Assembly (NCBI GenBank): GCA_051362555.1
Contig: CM120648.1
Span: forward strand, 19,774,587 to 19,838,586
Length of the DNA: 64,000 nucleotides
Origin: Lingula anatina
Taxonomy: Eukaryota > Animalia > Brachiopoda
Direction of reading: 5' to 3'
Shown here: in pieces, positions 49,433-62,147 of the stretch
How positions within the stretch are numbered: position 1 is the stretch's first letter
How the letters are laid out: each line of letters begins with the position of its first letter
The notes under the pieces: generated by a model
Database searches by the model: none
What the model saw: the letters and a program-made list of their open reading frames with translations, nothing else
Told to the model about the DNA's origin: nothing
Position numbers and translations under genes: made by a program

Positions 49433-52330
49433 TTTATTAGTACCACCAGCCTGTAAGCTGTTGGTACTGGGGCATTCCGTGGTATTCGTTTTGCATTATG
49501 GACGGAATTTTGACACTTTAAAAATAAATTCTACAAAAACTATAATACATACATTGTTCAAATTTGGCAGGAATATTGATTAGTGCAAGCCTAAACTTGT
49601 GACCAAAAAACTTGAAATAACATTTATTAGTTTAGGAGAAATATTGGTTATTGATCACCATTACGGACGGAAAAAAATGGACAAGCGTTTTTATTAATCA
49701 ACTTCAACTTCAAAACTCTGCTCTGTTTGTGGCTTTTTAAAGATAAAACTGCATTGACATGACAATTTCATTATTCTAGTTACTAGAAATGTAAAAGGTT
49801 ATTGAAAAAAAATTTTTTTTTGTTATGAAATTTTGAAGTTTAAAAAATCATGTCAGATTACGGACGGAAAATTACGGACGGAAAATTTGTCCACAGTGCA
49901 AAACTTACACAGAAGCCATTAAAAAAGTACAATTAATCATTTATTCATGGTTAAAGTTAACTATTTACTAATTACACACATAATAGAAAGTTATTTTTGA
50001 TGTCAACTCAAATATTTTTGTGAGCTATTTCAAATTACAAAAATCAACTACAGTGTACACTTTCAGGAATAAGAGATTCCTGATATAGTCATTGTTTAAA
50101 ATGCTGTGTTGAATGCTCATTCAGAATAGCTACATTTTAAAAGTCTTTTTTTTTTTTTTTCATGCTAAAGTTTAAACAGTTTGTTTTTATTCTGACACAT
50201 TAAGATCAACAGAGAATTTGTATCTCTGGCGTTGGTCCATCACAGGGAATGGTAAAAGTTTGATAATTTGGTCATTGGAAATCCACGGTCTTCTTGAGAA
50301 GGAAAAGCAAATAGTGTTTTTGACTTGTCCTTTGCTCGGAGAAAAGTTACTTCTATATCACCTCCATCTATGAATATAATTTGACCTAAATAATCTTTAC
50401 TGTTAATCTCTGAACCAGGACATAGGATACTTTCAGGTAAGTGGCATGTTGCCAAAACAAAGGCCTGGCCTCTAGTCATCTTTGATTAATTGCGGTCAGT
50501 AATTATCTTAACTGCTTATCTCCCAGGTATATGCAACATGTATATGACAGGTAAGTGATCAGAAGCACATTTTATCTTCAAATTGCAATCAAAGTAACTG
50601 AAAATATCCAGGAGAAGCCATGATCATAAGTGATCCTTAAGGTGCAATTCAAATGCCACTAATTGACAAGTGAGACAGATGTTTACAAGTCTTGCCAGGT
50701 AAGAAAAAGCACTTTTTGACTTTAAATCCTGCATTTTTGAATAATCTTTTTTTTTAAATTAACCTTTATAAGGGAAACAGTTCTTCTTTAGTTTTAAAAT
50801 TCATAAATCTATTTCTTGAGTATGCCACATGAAACCACTCAGTAGAAATGTTATAGCCAGGTAGCTATGCCTTTCCGTCCGTAATGCTAATTTTCCGTCC
50901 GTAATGATTTTTTATTATGAAATTACTTTGTCATCAAACATGTTTAAAACAATTTTTTTGGATATTTGGTAAACATAGGACTAGTGTGAGGAGAATATGA
51001 AAGGAAATTTTTTTTTGCCAAGTAGTCTTTAAAAAAAACCTAAAAAATAGAGCCCAAATCATTACGGACGAAAAAAAAAACGACTTTGGATTAATGATTA
51101 ATTAACTATTTTTTAAAGATTTCACTTGGTTTTTTATGTGTTTACCTCAAGGAATTGCTGTAATTTATGTCTCAATTGAAAGATATTGATTAAAATTTAT
51201 TTTGAGTGTTACATGCAAAACATAAAAAATTCCGTCCGTAATGCTAATTTTCACATTTTTCAAGTTTAACGTGCTATAAAATCATGAATTCAAAAAATAC
51301 AGGTAAATCTTTTACAAATTCTTATCCCCTGAAGTCTCTTCTTTCAGAAAATCCAACTTTTGATTGATTTTTGTACATTTGAAAATTTTATGCCCAGGAC
51401 ACAAATACCACGGAATGGCCCTACTCCTAATTTTATTCCCGACCCGTCTCATACAGCTCCACTAGCTCCGCATTCTGGAGCTGGATACAAGTCACCATTC
51501 TCCTCCTAGACCCCAAGGACCCATGTCCCCATCTCTTGGATTTAGGTCACATATTATCTCAATTTGAACCTTTTTTTTTGGCTCAGTTGGTGCATTATCC
51601 TGGGCATGACGTTCGTTGAAACGCACCCTTGTCAAAATTTTTGAAAATTCGATGCCAAATATCTCTCAAACCAAAGGAATTATCGGAAAAATTACTATAG
51701 AATTTTGACCAAAAGTCATATTTGTAGATTCCAGATATGCCCTTGGATTTGACAGTTGACCTTTATCTCAAGGTCAAACAGGCCAAAATCTCCAAAAAAT
51801 GGGGATTTAAAAAAAATATGTTTGTGCCAATTTTTAGAAACTACACCGACCTAAGTGGGGGGATTACAATTTGGGACTTCTTCGGGAGTTTGGGGTCAAT
51901 CGGTGCATTTTCACAGGAGAGGCAGCCGTTAGATGCCAAAGCTGAAAACTCTCTATTAAACCAGAACCCTAAATACAAGAGACCTCTTGTTTTTTGCATT
52001 TCGTAGAGCTTGTCAAGCTCAATTGATACGTACTGGGGTTGGAATCCATTTTTTTGTTTGTTTTTGATATGTAGGTTAGGAGTTGTGCTATATAAAAAAG
52101 TACATTTCAATATTCAGTAGTGAAGCAAAATGTGAAATACTCAAAAACTGGCAGAGATACACCCATGGTTACTATTGACCTTGAATAAGAAGTCACATAC
52201 TGGCAGCCAAACTGTGACCTTGAAATTGACCTTTGACCTACTTTTTCATCTTAAACTAAGTCTTGCAAATTTTTTGCCTCTTTTATCTGCAAAAATGGCA
52301 GAGATACACTTTGTGTGCAAATCGACTTTG
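49433..52330 (+). mobile_element. HINE-like element split by a Sola2-like insertion
   Basis: 5' hairpin AGTACCACCAGC-N6-GCTGTTGGTACT. Downstream GACCTTGA/TCAAGGTCA motifs typical of Helentron-associated repeats. Right end approximate. Confidence 0.55.
49469..51421. mobile_element. Non-autonomous Sola2-like DNA transposon
   Basis: 4-bp TSD TACT at 49465-49468 and 51422-51425. TIR GGGGCATTCCGTGGTATT / AATACCACGGAATGGCCC. ATTACGGACGGAA subterminal repeats in both orientations. Possible transposase tail at 50240-50479 (minus). Confidence 0.85.
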
Positions 52331-52727
52331 TGATTTATGAAAAATGTCTGTATACTTCACTTTGTTCTTCAGCAGTGATTCAGTATCCAGATTACACACC
52401 CTTTTTATCTATCTGTCTATTTTACTCGAAGTTTGTTTTACCCTGATATAAATATTAATAACGCACCATAGTATTTTTGGGAATTTCTCAATTCAATTCA
52501 AAAATTTAATTAAGCTGCGATTTATCGACTTTTGTCATCGTGAAAATGTGAGATTTTACATAACACACTGTTACTCTCAAGCACATATGCAGGCATCCAC
52601 CTCTCTAGATTTTCTCTCGCTTCCTCTCTGCTATTGCTTCACAATAAATATAACGTCTGCAAACATCATCGTTCACCTTATCCATGAGTCCTTTTGTCAA
52701 TCTGAAGCATAACATATGTATTACCAG

Positions 52728-52958
52728 GTGAGTTTAATGAACGGCTTCGCCGATTGTGTGAAAGTGGTAAGATTCCAGTATACCGACAGCGAGTAGCTAT
52801 TGTTGGACCTTACGGTGTGGGGAAGACTTATCTCGCCAAGCGCCTCATCCATGAGGAATATATCAAAGAAGAAGATGCAAATACAACTGGCGTGAATATA
52901 TACCGCCATAGGTGTGTTGTCCATAAAGCTGGCCGATCCTGTTGGATCAGAGGAAAAG
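52728..52958 (+). CDS. NHL-Roc-COR exon 2: Roc P-loop and switch I
   Basis: CCAG| acceptor, phase 1, in frame with exon 1. RVAIVGPYGVGKT (G1) and NTTGV (G2). Donor AAG|GTAAGC. Confidence 0.9.
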
Positions 52959-53407
52959 GTAAGCAGAATATAGGAAAACGTTTGACACATATGGAATATG
53001 TTTATAAAGAATACAAAGAACAGAAGATAAGACATTTTCAATTTTACCACATAATTCACAATAAGGAATTATACATACGTGTACGTGTGGGTGTCCAAAT
53101 GTGTCCTTCCCTATCTTAGTATGGTAGACGAGGGGCTGAGTGAAATAGTATCTAAATAAGTGGTGCCTTTGTATTGTTATCAATCAATTGACATACATGA
53201 CACTTTACAATCTACTCCTACAGCCCATTGATTATTTTTTAACTGGGTACAAACACTATAATTTCATTCTCTGTAAAAGCACCATGCTTTATTCTACTCA
53301 ATATTGAATTGAATTTTTCAACGGTGTAGCCTGATACGTACACTCAGAAAGGGTACATTTAGATACAACGCTTGATCTACCTGTATGATCCTTCCAACTA
53401 TTCTCAG

Positions 53408-53563
53408 ATGATCCAAAAGACCAGTTTGCACAAAACATGGCAATTGGAGTACAGAATTCAGATACGTTTTGTGAGCCGGACTTAACAGTATTGGACCAAA
53501 CGCCACTAGAGGAATCCCCACCAGATTCAGAAGAGAATATTAATAACATGCTGACAAATAGAG
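53408..53563 (+). CDS. NHL-Roc-COR exon 3: acidic linker, 156 bp, phase 1-1
   Basis: TTCTCAG| ... GAG|GTATTG. Open frame DDPKDQFAQNMAIG...EESPPDSEENINNMLTNR. Confidence 0.75.
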
Positions 53564-53777
53564 GTATTGTACATGATTGTCTCGAATAGTTCATCTTGGT
53601 GCAATTTAAACAGATATTTGTAGTTATTCTTCTTTTTTGCCAAGAGATTCCACCTTCTATGTGTTTTTCTTTGGCCATTCCACATATATGTGCCTTGAAA
53701 ACATTTTTGTTTACTTCAAGGTTGATTCTTTTTCTGTTAGAATGTTATTTGATATTATTCTTCTCTTTATTCTACAG

Positions 53778-53828
53778 CCGCTTCCCCTGATGACAGTGAA
53801 TCACCTGCCTCTCCTGACAAAGCAGCAG
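53778..53828 (+). CDS. NHL-Roc-COR exon 4: 51-bp mini-exon, phase 1-1
   Basis: Strong polypyrimidine CTACAG| acceptor and CAG|GTAAGT donor. Encodes AASPDDSESPASPDKAA. Confidence 0.8.
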
Positions 53829-53944
53829 GTAAGTAGTTCACATGTAGTAAAACAAAATTCTCGTGTATTGCTCAGAATGTTCGAGAGTTTTTCTTAGCTT
53901 GTTGATAAGGTATGTGAGTTTCTATCTTCTTATTTTCATCATAC

Positions 53945-55287
53945 TGGGACTTTGAACTCACATGGGCATGAAGCCTGGTGGTAATCAAATTTTCTTAATG
54001 TCCATGTTTTTAATAGAAGATAATTAAAATTTTGTGGTATTTATACAGTTGACCATTATGTTATATTGCATCAAAAACCTACTTTGTGCACTATCACCAT
54101 AACGTTATAAAAAGAAAACTGTTACCTATTTTATATTTACAAAAAATGATTCTTAGGATTGACAAACAGCTTAAATTAGAAAAATCCGCTCTTTTGAATT
54201 ATCCTTTTTATCGAATTATGCATTTTTTGTGAAATTTTTATTTATCTCATTCTGGTGTGAGGTTGAACTCTCATGGGCCTGAAGCCTTATGCTTTTACTT
54301 ACATCGTTATATACTATTGTGCATAATTAAATTTTGGGGTTGATTGTGCAGTTAAGCATTGTATTACATTAGAACTGACAGCCTCCTATTTTGTGCATTA
54401 TTATTTTCTGCTTTTTTAAAATTGTGACTTAGATATTTCATGGGCCTGAATACCGTTGCTAGTCACATTTGGGTGACAAGCCTCTAATCTTCCATTGGGT
54501 AACTACTAGCTAAATTCAGAGCTATAAGGTCACTTGCCTAAATTAAGTTTCAAGTGGCAATAAAATGAGATCATATAAAACACACATGTTGAGATTCCCT
54601 GTAAACTCCCATAGGTTAAGTTTTCTGCCAGATAACAGTGTCCATAATAGGGAAGCAGTGATAATTATGCAGATAAATGTTGTTTAATTTTGCAAATTAG
54701 TTTTCAAAAAATTATTTTGTATAATGCCAACATTAATGCTAGTTTTAAAAGCAGCTTTACTGAAATGTTTTGTTTTTAATTTTTTTCAAACACTGAGGGT
54801 TTCAACTCAATTTTTAACTCCCCTCCACCTGAAGCTCTGCACATTTTCTGTTTTCCCACAAAAGCAGTTGTATTGGTATTTATGTATTTCAGCATTATGT
54901 AACATTATATTATTATATGCACTGCTTTCATATGTCAAATATTGTGATTTTCATTACTAGTATGTGAATTTGAACTTTCGTGGTCCTGAAACTGTAATCT
55001 TATCATAGGGGCAGATTGGGATCGTCCTCAAGGTTTTCAGGAAGACTGTCAGATTTTAAAGTTAACATTGACGGGTATCTATTTTTTTTGTTGGAAGACC
55101 ATCTAAAATGGAGGGTGGATTAACAAAGATATTTTAAAATACTGTCAGAAAATACATTTGGATCCGCTCCTGTTATTGACCATGTTACCTGTTGTGCATG
55201 ACTTAAATTCAGTGTCGATTGACCGTGCTATTACAAGTATTATTTATTATTGCATCAAAATGAGAAATTAACCTATTTTTTGCATCT

Positions 55288-55318
<31 letters not shown>

Positions 55319-55329
55319 TTTTGTCTGTA
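53945..55329 (+). repeat. Intronic block R, copy 2
   Basis: Collinear with 47490-49120 and resumes at 60011 after an insertion. Confidence 0.85.
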
Positions 55330-56853
55330 GACTCGTCCTTCAAGAAATACATGCCTTCAAGAAATCGACGAAAACTGGAAGTGCATGTTTTTTGCACTGT
55401 TTTTCCTGTCATGCCCATCGTAAACACTGTGTTGTCAAGTAAAAGGAAGCGTCTGATACAAAGTATCAAATGCGGCATTGACGTGCTTGCTTGCCAGTAG
55501 GACACATACTGTCGATGCGGAGTGATATAACGTCGTTTTCTCGCGCCAGGACGTAACGTCGGGCTCAAATTTTGTAAAAAATTAAACTTGGTCGAAAAAT
55601 GGCTATATACTTTAAATAAATGCATACTTAGCAAGTCTAATACGATATTATGATTGTGGGGTATGTAGACTTCATATTCACGTAGCCTTCTACTGAAATT
55701 TTGTCGTTTAGAGTGAGCTTGCGTTCGTCAAAGTCGCACTGAGCGGCAAAATTTGGCAACACTGTTGTGCATAATTGGCATAATTGGCAACATCGTAACT
55801 TTGGCCACTATTCCTCAACTAGAGAGTGTGCGGGAAATTCCGGATAAGAGATAACGTATCTTTTAATCAATATTGTATGTATAAAAAATCATTAAAATCC
55901 ATCTTTGGAAAAAATTGTTGCAGAATTTTTTGTACCAAAAATCGTGCAAAATCCAGGTTTTTGCGTCATCCATGACTCAAGACGGGCCCAACTCGGCGTT
56001 TGTTTACATTTGCAGATGTACTTAATTTTGGCGCTTATCACCGGTTATTTTGGATATTATTACAGTTTTCAATTGAAAGTCAAACAATGCGTGTCAGTTT
56101 TATATGTAACTTGTAAATTTAATATTGTTGCACCTTCTTTTTCTATGCCCTACTACCGATACATGTACCTTGCATATGTTTCAATGTTACTTGTGAAATT
56201 ATGTAGGTAATTGGACATTTCTGAGTCCAAAACTTCAGTTTAAAATAAAACAAAATTGTTTTTCTTTATTTTGCACAGACAAATTCATCGTTTCTTAAAT
56301 GAATATTTTAAAGGGTTAACAACTGTTTTTATGAGATTCACATTTAAGAATAAATAGTGTAAAGAACCCATAGGAATACAATATATATTCCATTTTACCA
56401 CCAAAAGGTAGTTTTCACAATTATTTTGGAAACTGTTCTTGCCATCCAATCACATGGTGGCTGCACTCTATAATAATCTTTTGAAATATTAAAATTAATT
56501 AAAAAATTACAGTACAGACTAATTTTGAATGTCAAAACTGATTCAGTACCCCAGTAACTATTGGTAAGAAGGGGGAAATTGTCATTTACTCCAGGAGAAT
56601 CCATTTTGGGCTGATATGAACAGTTACCTCTTTTATATTCAATAAAAAATAGAGGGTAAAAAAACAACAGGACATAATTTTATTTTCAAAACAATGGTAC
56701 AAGTATACATGCACAGGAAGTCCATATGCATGGGCGCTAGTAAGAATTCACAAAGTGTGTAAAAATGTAAAAAATACATAAATAAAAATTTCCAAAATTA
56801 ATATAAAATATCCACTTTCATTGCACTAGGTTGAACTTAATGACTTTCCTATC

Positions 56854-56885
<32 letters not shown>

Positions 56886-59800
56886 AAGAAATTTTCATAC
56901 ATTTTCCATCTTCAAATGCATTATCTCAAAATACATTAGCTATCCTTTTAAGACTTAAAATAAGAGAAAAATATGCTGATCACCAAGGACAATTTATGTC
57001 TTTATTCAAAACAGTTTCATATGCTTGTATTTGATATCTGATATTAAAATATGGGAATACACTGTATGTAACTTGCTTCCTAAAAGGGCTCTACCTGTAT
57101 TTGTGAACACCAGGCATTATATACTGGATATAAATGGATGTGGACTGTAAATATATTCAAAATACCTCTTTTACTATTCTGACATTTTTTTTCTTTTTAA
57201 ATTCTTGTTTGAATGTGAAAAGCAGCCTGGCTCCTGGGAGTCCAATTAGAAAAAATGTGTCCATAATAACACTTGTTTGCAACACTGCCATCCAATTATC
57301 TTAAAGAAATACCACCAAAGTCATATTTCTTTTAAAAAATTCAATTTTTTATGTTTCAAAAAATGTAAGTGCTGCCAAAGAATACTTTGATAACCAATTT
57401 TCACTAAGGGCTTGGTGACAGTTTTTTTAATATGACTAATAGGAATGCATGATAATGCTGCAGCATATCATCGTGAACACTTTTCAGGGCACTTCAAAGC
57501 CTGTCAGAGATTCTGTAATATCTGAAAAAACTGTTCTTCTTTTATCTGGAAAAGAAAATCAGAATAAATTCAGAATTTACAATTCCATGCAACTAAAAGT
57601 AAAAACAATCTGTTTACACCCCTTTTCAATATATAGGTCAATTTAACATGAAAAAAAAAATTGACTAACAATGAGTGAGGGTCGGAAGATATGTCCAAGT
57701 GGTACTTAACTAACACAAGTCTAGGAACTCACATAATAAAATAATAGATACTGGCTTTATCTTTTTTTCATACAGAAAACAGAAAATGGATTATATTTTA
57801 AACCTTTATTACTGTTGCTCTTAGAACCATATGACATTCTCCAATAGATCTACTTCATTTTAACTTAAGTAAAAAATCTACAACTTCAACAGTAAGCGAG
57901 TATGGTGTATAAATGTCTCAACTTTCATTTTTATACCTGTGCTAGCAAGTCACTGATTTTGAAATTTTCAACGATTTATAAAATAAACCCTACACTTTCA
58001 AATGGACCTTTATACTAAAAATGAGTGTTAACTGATCATGAAAAAAGCTCATAGTACATAAATACTTTTACCATTCTACATGTATATCCAAACATCTTTT
58101 TCCTTACATCAATGTTAGAAAGTTTTTAGATTTTTATCAGCCTGAAAAAAAGACAAGGGAAATGTTAAATCTTGCCAAATACTCCCCTGATCTATTGCTA
58201 ATTATTACAAATAAAAGGTGATGTATTCATAATTCAATCAATATATACAACTCTCAAGCACATTATCTATGCTTCACATGACAGGTGCTCGCAATGCTAC
58301 GTTATACAGCTACAGTACACGTACGTACTAATTAAGGCACATATGTCGTTATGTAATATTAGTATTCTAAATAACACTAGATCAAAAGTTATTATTAAAC
58401 TGAACTGTAGTCGGAGTTAGATTACTCTGAATGAGCCTGCGTCGGTCACACGGTGCACATTTTAACAACAAATCTACAAGATACAATGTATAACAAATGT
58501 GTTTGATTATGTACAGTATGTAGTGGAGCGAAACTAGCACATTTCTCGTAATAAAAAACATTTATATATATTTTAAAATCTAAATAATTTGCATACGTAC
58601 CTGATAATGAGTCTCTGACATGCTATAAATATGTGGGTTCCATATTTCAGCAAGGATAAAAATCATAACTTGCCGCACAACCTACTTCACCTGTCCCTGC
58701 CTCGTTGTAAATTGCGGGGTTTCGTTGGAAAGCACCTCAGTTCACCTCTCGTTTAGTGGGCGGGATTTCGGTAAATTTACTAAATTTGTATTAAGTTTTT
58801 GGTCTTTGATAAAAGAAATGTTTATTCTGTTTCTTAAACTTATATTTGACTCAATATGGGTCTATAAAGGTGCATTTTAGCACCCAAATCTGCGCGTCAC
58901 ATGATTTGTATCACATGACTTTTTTGAACTTCCACAGTTCAAGGTCAAAAAAATACTGTCGAAGCAAGTTATGGAACATCATTGCTTTGCGTGAAAATTG
59001 AGGTTAGTCACTAACTTTTTTGGATGAATAAACGTAATTTTAAGTTCGGGAAATGAATGAGATGTGCACTCTTATCGGAGGTGCCTCAGGGGAGAAATTT
59101 TGCTCTGTTTTTTCACAACTTTTCGGATTTTCTGTCGAGACTTCTTAACCAGAGAGTGTGCGGGAAATTCCCTTCAAAATCGAAAACCTGGATATATATT
59201 CGACCATTTTATTAATTTTAAGCCAATTTCGTATTTGGAAACAATTTCCTCGCAATATAGTCCCTCGCTATACAAAAGCATTTTCGGACACGTAAAATTT
59301 TCAGTTTTCTTGATTCGGAGAGAAATAATTGTAACTCTGTACAGTGCATTGACAAAAGCTTACAGTTTTTCAATAGACGGATAACTCCTCGTTTAGTCTC
59401 TAAAATATGGAAAGTCAATTCACTGTAGTTTTTTCGCAAAGTTTATTTATTTCAGACGTACGCATTTTTCATCGCGCCGCTTTTTTGGCGCTATTTCGTG
59501 ACGCGGATGTACCAAAAAATCCATGACGTTTCAAATCACACCTAAATCCTGACAGTATGTGTCCTACTGTTGCAATGTGTTCAGTACACTTTGTTTACAC
59601 TGACAAGTCGAGGTCAGAAATGCACAATGTTTTTCTATGTTATTACGCAGTTTCAATTTTGATTAGTGAATTTTCTTTTATCTGCATGGTCATTTTCCGA
59701 ACATTTGTATAAGCCACGAAATATTTCTCATCGGAAAATCACCCAGCAGCTTTCCAAGTACAAGCGAGTGACGTCATGACGCACTTCCGGTTTTCGTCAA

Positions 59801-60010
59801 GATCTTGAAGGGATTAGCGTTACGGTTTGCTGCACATTTAAAGCGTTCTGTCTCAAAATGTACTCGACTGCTTGGATTGAAATTTACAGAACTTATTCTT
59901 CACATGATATCACACATATGTGCTTAATTTGAGAGCTTTAGCTGTTATATATTTTCTACATTCAAAATTGAAAAAGAGCTATTTTCCGTCGATTTCTTGA
60001 AGGGCAAGTC
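55330..60010. mobile_element. 4.7-kb unclassified non-coding TIR element with TA TSD
   Basis: TIR GACTCGTCCTTCAAGAAAT / ATTTCTTGAAGGGCAAGTC. TA on both sides. Empty site TTGTCTGTACATTTGAC at 49111. Inner inverted repeat AGTAGGACACATACTGTC (about 55496) / GACAGTATGTGTCCTACT (about 59551). Confidence 0.85.
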
Positions 60011-60394
60011 TACATTTGACAGATTTGCTGTCTTGTTTTATCTGGGTACAAACATGACAATTTAATTTTCTGTAAAATAAGTCTTCTTTATATGACTGAG
60101 GATTATTTTTCTTTTTGCCAAGGGATTCCACCTTCTATGTGTTTTTTGTTGGCCATTATACCTTATGTGCCTTGAAGACTGGGCACTTGATACCAATTAT
60201 ACTTGATCTTATTAGACGCATTTTCGATGTAATTTATTTATTTTTATACAATATTTATAGACCAATATCCCAAAGTTATATGTTAAAATTTTGTAAAGAA
60301 ATTCCTTTATCTTAGCCACGTTTTTGTTTGCTTTAAGATTGAGTCATTTTCTGCTAGAATGGTGTTTGATATTCTTCTTCTCTTTATTCTACAG

Positions 60395-60445
60395 CTGCTC
60401 CCCCTGATGACAGGGAATCACCTGCCTCTCCTGACAGAGCAGCAG
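60395..60445 (+). CDS. NHL-Roc-COR exon 5: duplicated 51-bp mini-exon, phase 1-1
   Basis: Paralogue of 53778-53828 with the same splice sites. Encodes AAPPDDRESPASPDRAA. Confidence 0.75.
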
Positions 60446-60994
60446 GTAAGTAGTGCACATGTAGTAAAACAAGATTCCGTCTTTTGCTCAGAATCTGCGA
60501 GAGTTGTTCTTAGCTTGTCGATTAAGTATGTGAGTTCCTGCATTCTTATTTTCATCAATTTGTATTAATAATGTTACATTAAAATTGACTATACCTTACA
60601 ATTTTAATTTATGTTTTGAGCTTACTCACTTGTATTCAACAGAGAGGATACATTTTTAAGAAAAAAATGTTTTTTTTTTTTTTCGCAAATTGCCGATAAA
60701 CCTTCAGAAAGAGACGAAAGCTTCTAATTTATTTGATAACTGTTTCACAAAGTTAATTGACACTAAATACATTCAAATTTTGTCAATAATTACGATACTT
60801 TTTTATGCTAAAAAGTTTTATTTTAACCGCACTGTTTATTGTACAGTCCTTTTCAAAGGTGAAAGTGGATGTCATACCTCTGGGGAAGAAAACATGAGTT
60901 GTATAAGAATGTTGACGATATGTCGATGTATGAACAGTCCCTGACAAATGAAATAAATTAGATTGAAAGCATGTCTATAAAGATTAAGGTCTAG

Positions 60995-60995
<1 letters not shown>

Positions 60996-61027
<32 letters not shown>

Positions 61028-61048
61028 CCCCCCCCCCCCCCCCCCCCT
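60996..61048. repeat. (TC)n plus poly-C
   Basis: Direct inspection. Confidence 0.9.
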
Positions 61049-61270
61049 TGAAGAAGGCACATCAGCTGAAAACTCAATCGGGCGCTTGATACCAATTATA
61101 CTTATTACATGCATTTTCAATCTAATTTATTTATTTTTATACAATATTTATACAATATACTGCGGGATTAATACGATGATTTGGATAAATATGCACGCAT
61201 TGCAATACATAACAATATGCATTGTGCTAAAATCAGTTAGTTCGGACATAGCTTATTTTATTCCTCGCAG

Positions 61271-61516
61271 TGGCAGAAAGGGACCATCTAGATGATATTG
61301 ACAAGGAGCTATTGGAAAAAATTGAGAAAATTGCCCGAGGAGAAGATGTGGAGCCAGAGAAACAGGTCACAATTTGGGATTTTGCAGGACAGGATGTCTA
61401 CTACACCACACACCAAACGTTCCTCTCAGAGCGGATCATCTACTTGTTGGTATTCCGACTTGACCAGGACCTCGATGATAAAATCCGTGTATACAGGGGA
61501 GAGAAGACGCTGAAAG
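61271..61516 (+). CDS. NHL-Roc-COR exon 6: Roc G3 region
   Basis: CTCGCAG| acceptor. VTIWDFAGQDVYYTTHQTFLSERIIYLLVF is the Roc signature. Donor AAG|GTATTG, phase 1-1. Confidence 0.93.
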
Positions 61517-61918
61517 GTATTGTTGAGCTTTATGTATATATCTTTACATGTATAAACTACTCAGGGCCCTCATGTAAATAATGGCCTGTCAACTGTGTGT
61601 AATTTCTTTATTAAAAGACCCACATTTTTAAATCTCTCTATTGCTCTTAATACATGTATATTGCTATAGGCATATATATATATATATATATATAACATTG
61701 AGTTTTTAGTAGCGTTAATTTTAAATGGTTCCGGTGAGTGTTTTAGACTTTAATATTGTAGTAATTTTAAAGATTTTAGTTATATTATCCATTGTAAGAC
61801 ACCCAATAAGAACAATTATTATTATATTAATGGGCGCTATTTTTAGCAATGCTGAGGAGAAAACACTGAATAATATTCATCTTTGCAATTACCTTAAGGC
61901 TTTATATACATTTTTCAG

Positions 61919-62043
61919 AGTTTATTATGTTTTGGTTAAACTCAATCCATATGCACACTATTGGAAAATTGAGGGAAGAAGACAAAAATGCCATGCCATA
62001 CGTCTTGATTATTGGAACTCATAAGGACATGTTATGCTCACAG
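61919..62043 (+). CDS. NHL-Roc-COR exon 7: Roc G4 region
   Basis: TTTTTCAG| acceptor. EFIMFWLNSIH...PYVLIIGTHKD. Donor CAG|GTGAAA, phase 1-0. Confidence 0.92.
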
Positions 62044-62147
62044 GTGAAAACGCTTTTCTTATAACAACTATTCAATTACTACCATACTTATTCTATGTAT
62101 AATTTGTATCCCTTCAACCACATCACGATTCCTGACGAGTGACTTAA

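Noticed and set aside
53330-53407. Alternative acceptor GTGTAG at 53329 for exon 3
   Set aside because: It gives an immediate TGA in phase 1. The 53408 acceptor keeps the frame open.
53298-53678. 126-aa minus ORF, and similar ORFs at 40060-40362 and 63656-63949
   Set aside because: Antisense shadows of the + strand exons.
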